Shown in pieces: positions 61,273 to 64,000 of a stretch of DNA of 64,000 nucleotides. The notes beneath the pieces were generated by a model that ran no database searches, was not told the origin of the DNA, and saw nothing but the letters and a program-made list of their open reading frames with translations. Source of the DNA: Thermoanaerobaculia bacterium (GTDB taxonomy: Bacteria > Acidobacteriota > Thermoanaerobaculia > Multivoradales > J023); the NCBI GenBank assembly GCA_036397835.1, contig DASWIG010000349.1:962-64961 (forward strand), written 5' to 3'. The position numbers were made by a program, and so were the translations under genes. The stretch's first letter is position 1. The number at the start of each line of letters is the position of its first letter.

Positions 61273-62382
61273 ATGGAGATCCAGGACATGTCGACCCCCT
61301 CCGCAGGCATCGCCGCCCTCGGCCTCAGCTTCCCCTCCCTCGCCCTCCCCGTCGAAGAGCTCGCCGCCCTGCGCGGCCAGGAGCCCGCGAAGTACACCCA
61401 GGGGCTCGGCTGCCGCGAGATGGCGCTGTGCGCGCGCGGCGAAGGCGTCGTGGACCTGGCGGCGACGGCGGCCGAAAGGGCTCTCGGCCGCTGGGGCGGC
61501 GACGCCCGGCGCCTCGGCCTGATCGCCGTCGGCACCGAGTCGGCCCTCGACATGAGCCGTCCGCTCTCGGCCTGGGTGGCCGATCGCCTCGGCCTCGCCG
61601 GCTCGGTGCGCTCCTACGAGGTCAAGCACGCCTGCTACGGCGGCACCCTGGCCCTGCGCCAGGCCCTGGAGTGGCGGCTATCCGGCGCCGCCAAGGGCCG
61701 CGCGGCCCTGGTCATCGCCGCCGACGTGGCGCTCTACGAGCTCGGCGACGGCGGCGAGCCTACCCAGGGCGCCGGCGCCGTGGCCATGCTGGTCGACACG
61801 CCCGAAGTGGCGGCCGTCGATCCGATCTCCTATCCCTGGAGCGAGCCGGCCTTCGACTTCTGGCGTCCGGTGGGCGAGACCCACCCGCGCGTCGACGGTC
61901 CCCTGAGCCTCGACTGCTACAAGCGCGCCGCCGAACGCTGCTTCGGCGCCCTGGCCGCGGAAGGCGCCGGGGTCGACGACTTCGCCGCCGTCTGCTGCCA
62001 CGTGCCGTTCCCCAAGATGGTGAAGAAGGCCCTCGTCCACGTGGGCGAGACTCTCGGCTGGGACGAGGAGCGCACCCTGGCGTTCTTCGCGGAGAAGGTC
62101 GATCCCCACATGGAATGGAACCGCCGCTCGGGCAACGCCTACACCGCGAGCCTGTGGGTCGCGGTGGCTCAGGCCCTGGCGGGCATGGACCAGGGACGGC
62201 GCCTCGTCGCCTTCTCCTACGGCTCCGGCTTCGGCGCCGAGCTGCTGACCCTCGCCGCGGGTCCCGCCGCCGCCGCGGGCGCCTGGGCCGAGGACGCCGA
62301 GCGCGACTTCCGCGAGCGGCGGGTGATCGACGCCGCGGAATATGCCAAGCTGCGGGGCGAGCGCGTCGCCGTGGCGGCCTGA
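61273..62382 (+). CDS. hydroxymethylglutaryl-CoA synthase family protein
   Basis: HMGS catalytic triad context: GTESALD (Glu), HACYGGT (Cys), CCHVPF (His). 369 aa. Confidence 0.75.
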   Translation: MEIQDMSTPSAGIAALGLSFPSLALPVEELAALRGQEPAKYTQGLGCREMALCARGEGVVDLAATAAERALGRWGGDARRLGLIAVGTESALDMSRPLSAWVADRLGLAGSVRSYEVKHACYGGTLALRQALEWRLSGAAKGRAALVIAADVALYELGDGGEPTQGAGAVAMLVDTPEVAAVDPISYPWSEPAFDFWRPVGETHPRVDGPLSLDCYKRAAERCFGALAAEGAGVDDFAAVCCHVPFPKMVKKALVHVGETLGWDEERTLAFFAEKVDPHMEWNRRSGNAYTASLWVAVAQALAGMDQGRRLVAFSYGSGFGAELLTLAAGPAAAAGAWAEDAERDFRERRVIDAAEYAKLRGERVAVAA

Positions 62383-62466
62383 CGTCTTGGCCGAAGGCTC
62401 TCGTCGTGTTGGCGTTGGGGGGTGGGGGGATCTGGCCGACGACGTCGGCCTGCTTCCTGCGGGTGT

Positions 62467-62973
62467 ATGCTCGCGCCGATGTCCTGGCGCTCGGTGACGG
62501 AGATCGACTGGTCGGCGTGGGACCCGGTCGACCGCGCGACCCTGCTCTTCGTGGTCGCCGGCGGGCGCATCCTCCTCATCCGCAAGAAGCGCGGCCTCGG
62601 CGCCGGCAAGATCAACGGTCCCGGCGGCCGCATCGAGGACGGCGAGTCGGCGCTGGCCGGCGCCGTGCGCGAGGTCGAGGAGGAGATCGGCGTGACGCCG
62701 ACCGAGGTCAGCGAGCGCGGCGAGCTCTCCTTCCAGTTCGTCGACGGCTACTCGATCCACGTCCGCGTCTTCCGCGCCGGCGGCTGGCGCGGCGAGCCCG
62801 TGGAGACCGACGAGGCCGTGCCCCTGTGGTTCCCGCTCGAACGCATACCTTACCGCGAGATGTGGGCCGACGACCGGGTGTGGCTGCCGCTGATGCTCGC
62901 CGGCGAACGCTTCCACGGCCGCTTCATCTTCGACGGCGACGCCATGGTCGATCACCGCGTCGTGGTGCCGTGA
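62467..62973 (+). CDS. NUDIX hydrolase (MutT-like)
   Basis: Nudix box [24 protein letters not shown]. Start ambiguous (62422, 62467 or 62479). Confidence 0.75.
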   Translation: MLAPMSWRSVTEIDWSAWDPVDRATLLFVVAGGRILLIRKKRGLGAGKINGPGGRIEDGESALAGAVREVEEEIGVTPTEVSERGELSFQFVDGYSIHVRVFRAGGWRGEPVETDEAVPLWFPLERIPYREMWADDRVWLPLMLAGERFHGRFIFDGDAMVDHRVVVP

Positions 62974-64000
62974 CCCAGAAACCTCTCGAAGAAATCCGCC
63001 GCCGCGCGGAACGTCCGCAGCCAGCTCTCGTGACGCAGGAAGCCGTGGACCTCGTCGGGGAAGACGAGCGTCTCCACGTGGACGTCGCGCTGCCGCAGGC
63101 GCTGGACCAGGTCGGTCGTCTGGATGAACATCACGTTGCGGTCGTCGTCGCCGTGAACGAAGAGCACCGGCGAGCTCCAGAAGCCGAGGTCGGCCACCGG
63201 CGACGAGCGCTTCGCCAGCGCCAGCAGCTCCTCGCCTTGGAGGCCCCAGGCGCCCCCGGACGTCGGGAAGCGCTCGCCGCGGTAGGACCAGTCGTGGACG
63301 CCGTGGAGGTCGACGCCGGCGGCGAACAGGTCGGAGTCGCGGGCCAGGCCGAGGGCGGTGAGGTAGCCGCCGTAGGAGCCGCCCCACAGCCCGACGAGGC
63401 GCGGGTCGACCTCGGGACGCTCCTGAAGGTAGCGCCCCGCCGCGAGGACGTCGCGGTACTCCGAGGCGCCGCGCGGCCCCTGGTCCGCCGCCTGGCGGAA
63501 GGCGCGGCCGTAGCCGATGCCGCTGCGGAAGTTGACCGAGAGCACCACCGTGCCGCGGCTCGCCAGGTACTGGTTGAAGGCGTAGCAGCGGGCGTAGTAG
63601 CCGCTGTGGTGCCAGCCCAGGAGCATCTGACGGACGGGTCCGCCGTGCATGAAGAGCACGCCGGGACGCGCGTCGCCCGCGGCGGAGCCCGGCGGCAGGA
63701 AGAGCTGGCCGTGGACGGTGACGCCGTCCGAGGCCTGGAAAGTGACCGCCAGCGGCACCACGAGGTCCGCCTCCGGGAACGACGCCGGCAGCTCCCGCGG
63801 CGCCACCAGGCGGCGCTCGCCCGAGGCCGGCGCCACCACCGTCACCGCCGACGGACGCCGCGCGTCGGCGCCGCGGTACGCCACCCAGCGTCCGCCGGCG
63901 AGCGGCGTCGGGTCGGTCTCGAGGCCCTCGCCGCTCGTCAGCGGCTGGGGATCGGCGCCGGGCCTCACCCGCCAGAGATGACGGCGGTCGACGTCGTCCC
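62952..64000 (-). CDS. S9 (prolyl oligopeptidase / acylaminoacyl-peptidase) family serine peptidase, partial; N-terminus lies beyond the window end
   Basis: Alpha/beta-hydrolase C-terminal domain with GGSYGG nucleophile motif ([11 protein letters not shown]) and a preceding beta-propeller-like segment. The ORF is open to the window edge. Confidence 0.7.
   Translation of the reverse strand, partial: DDVDRRHLWRVRPGADPQPLTSGEGLETDPTPLAGGRWVAYRGADARRPSAVTVVAPASGERRLVAPRELPASFPEADLVVPLAVTFQASDGVTVHGQLFLPPGSAAGDARPGVLFMHGGPVRQMLLGWHHSGYYARCYAFNQYLASRGTVVLSVNFRSGIGYGRAFRQAADQGPRGASEYRDVLAAGRYLQERPEVDPRLVGLWGGSYGGYLTALGLARDSDLFAAGVDLHGVHDWSYRGERFPTSGGAWGLQGEELLALAKRSSPVADLGFWSSPVLFVHGDDDRNVMFIQTTDLVQRLRQRDVHVETLVFPDEVHGFLRHESWLRTFRAAADFFERFLGHGTTTR

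Noticed and set aside
61273-62382. HMGS homologue as part of a PKS beta-branching cassette
   Set aside because: No ECH1/ECH2, KS0 or donor ACP genes nearby. It is on the opposite strand and separated from the PKS by argS and the carboxyltransferase gene. Left as unresolved rather than asserted.

Overview
High-GC (about 70%) bacterial chromosomal window, consistent with Myxococcota, Acidobacteria or a similar lineage. Three blocks are visible.

(1) 1-5.4 kb, housekeeping: a partial Rpn/YhgA-like nuclease with an apparent frameshift, then acpS, thiE, a TPR-cNMP-binding protein, def, cysS and yraN.

(2) 5.7-16.6 kb, a tightly packed plus-strand operon: REC-PAS-GGDEF-EAL protein, M48 metallopeptidase, AsnB-like amidotransferase, TauD/clavaminate-synthase-like Fe/2OG oxygenase, pentaheme cytochrome c with C-terminal TPR repeats, and an ASPIC/UnbV (CRTAC1-like) FG-GAP lipoprotein.

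(3) 16.6-57.4 kb, a roughly 41-kb minus-strand operon in which seven consecutive genes are joined by ATGA/GTGA start-stop overlaps. Reading 5'->3' it encodes:
- a standalone LanB-like (lanthipeptide-dehydratase N-terminal / PEARL-like) protein;
- NRPS gene Cs-A-T, whose A domain lacks the A10 lysine;
- a degenerate duplicated C-A remnant gene;
- KS-AT0-T-C-A-T;
- KS-AT-T-Cy-A-T-C;
- a 5603-aa A-T-C-A-T-C-A-T-KS-AT-KR-T-C-A-T-TE megasynthase;
- an FtsX/MacB-type permease.

Downstream and divergent are an acyl-CoA carboxyltransferase beta subunit, argS, an HMG-CoA-synthase-like gene, a NUDIX hydrolase and a partial S9 peptidase.

The headline observation is a tRNA-dependent-type LanB/PEARL-like enzyme embedded as the first gene of a hybrid NRPS-PKS assembly line with several apparently inactive domains (A10-less A domain, deleted C/A remnant, Ser-to-Gly AT). 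I infer, but cannot prove from sequence, that this may represent an unconventional substrate-loading or modification logic.

Domain coordinates inside the megasynthases are approximate (about +/-150 nt); they were derived from motif positions I located by eye in the DNA and from counting amino acids.
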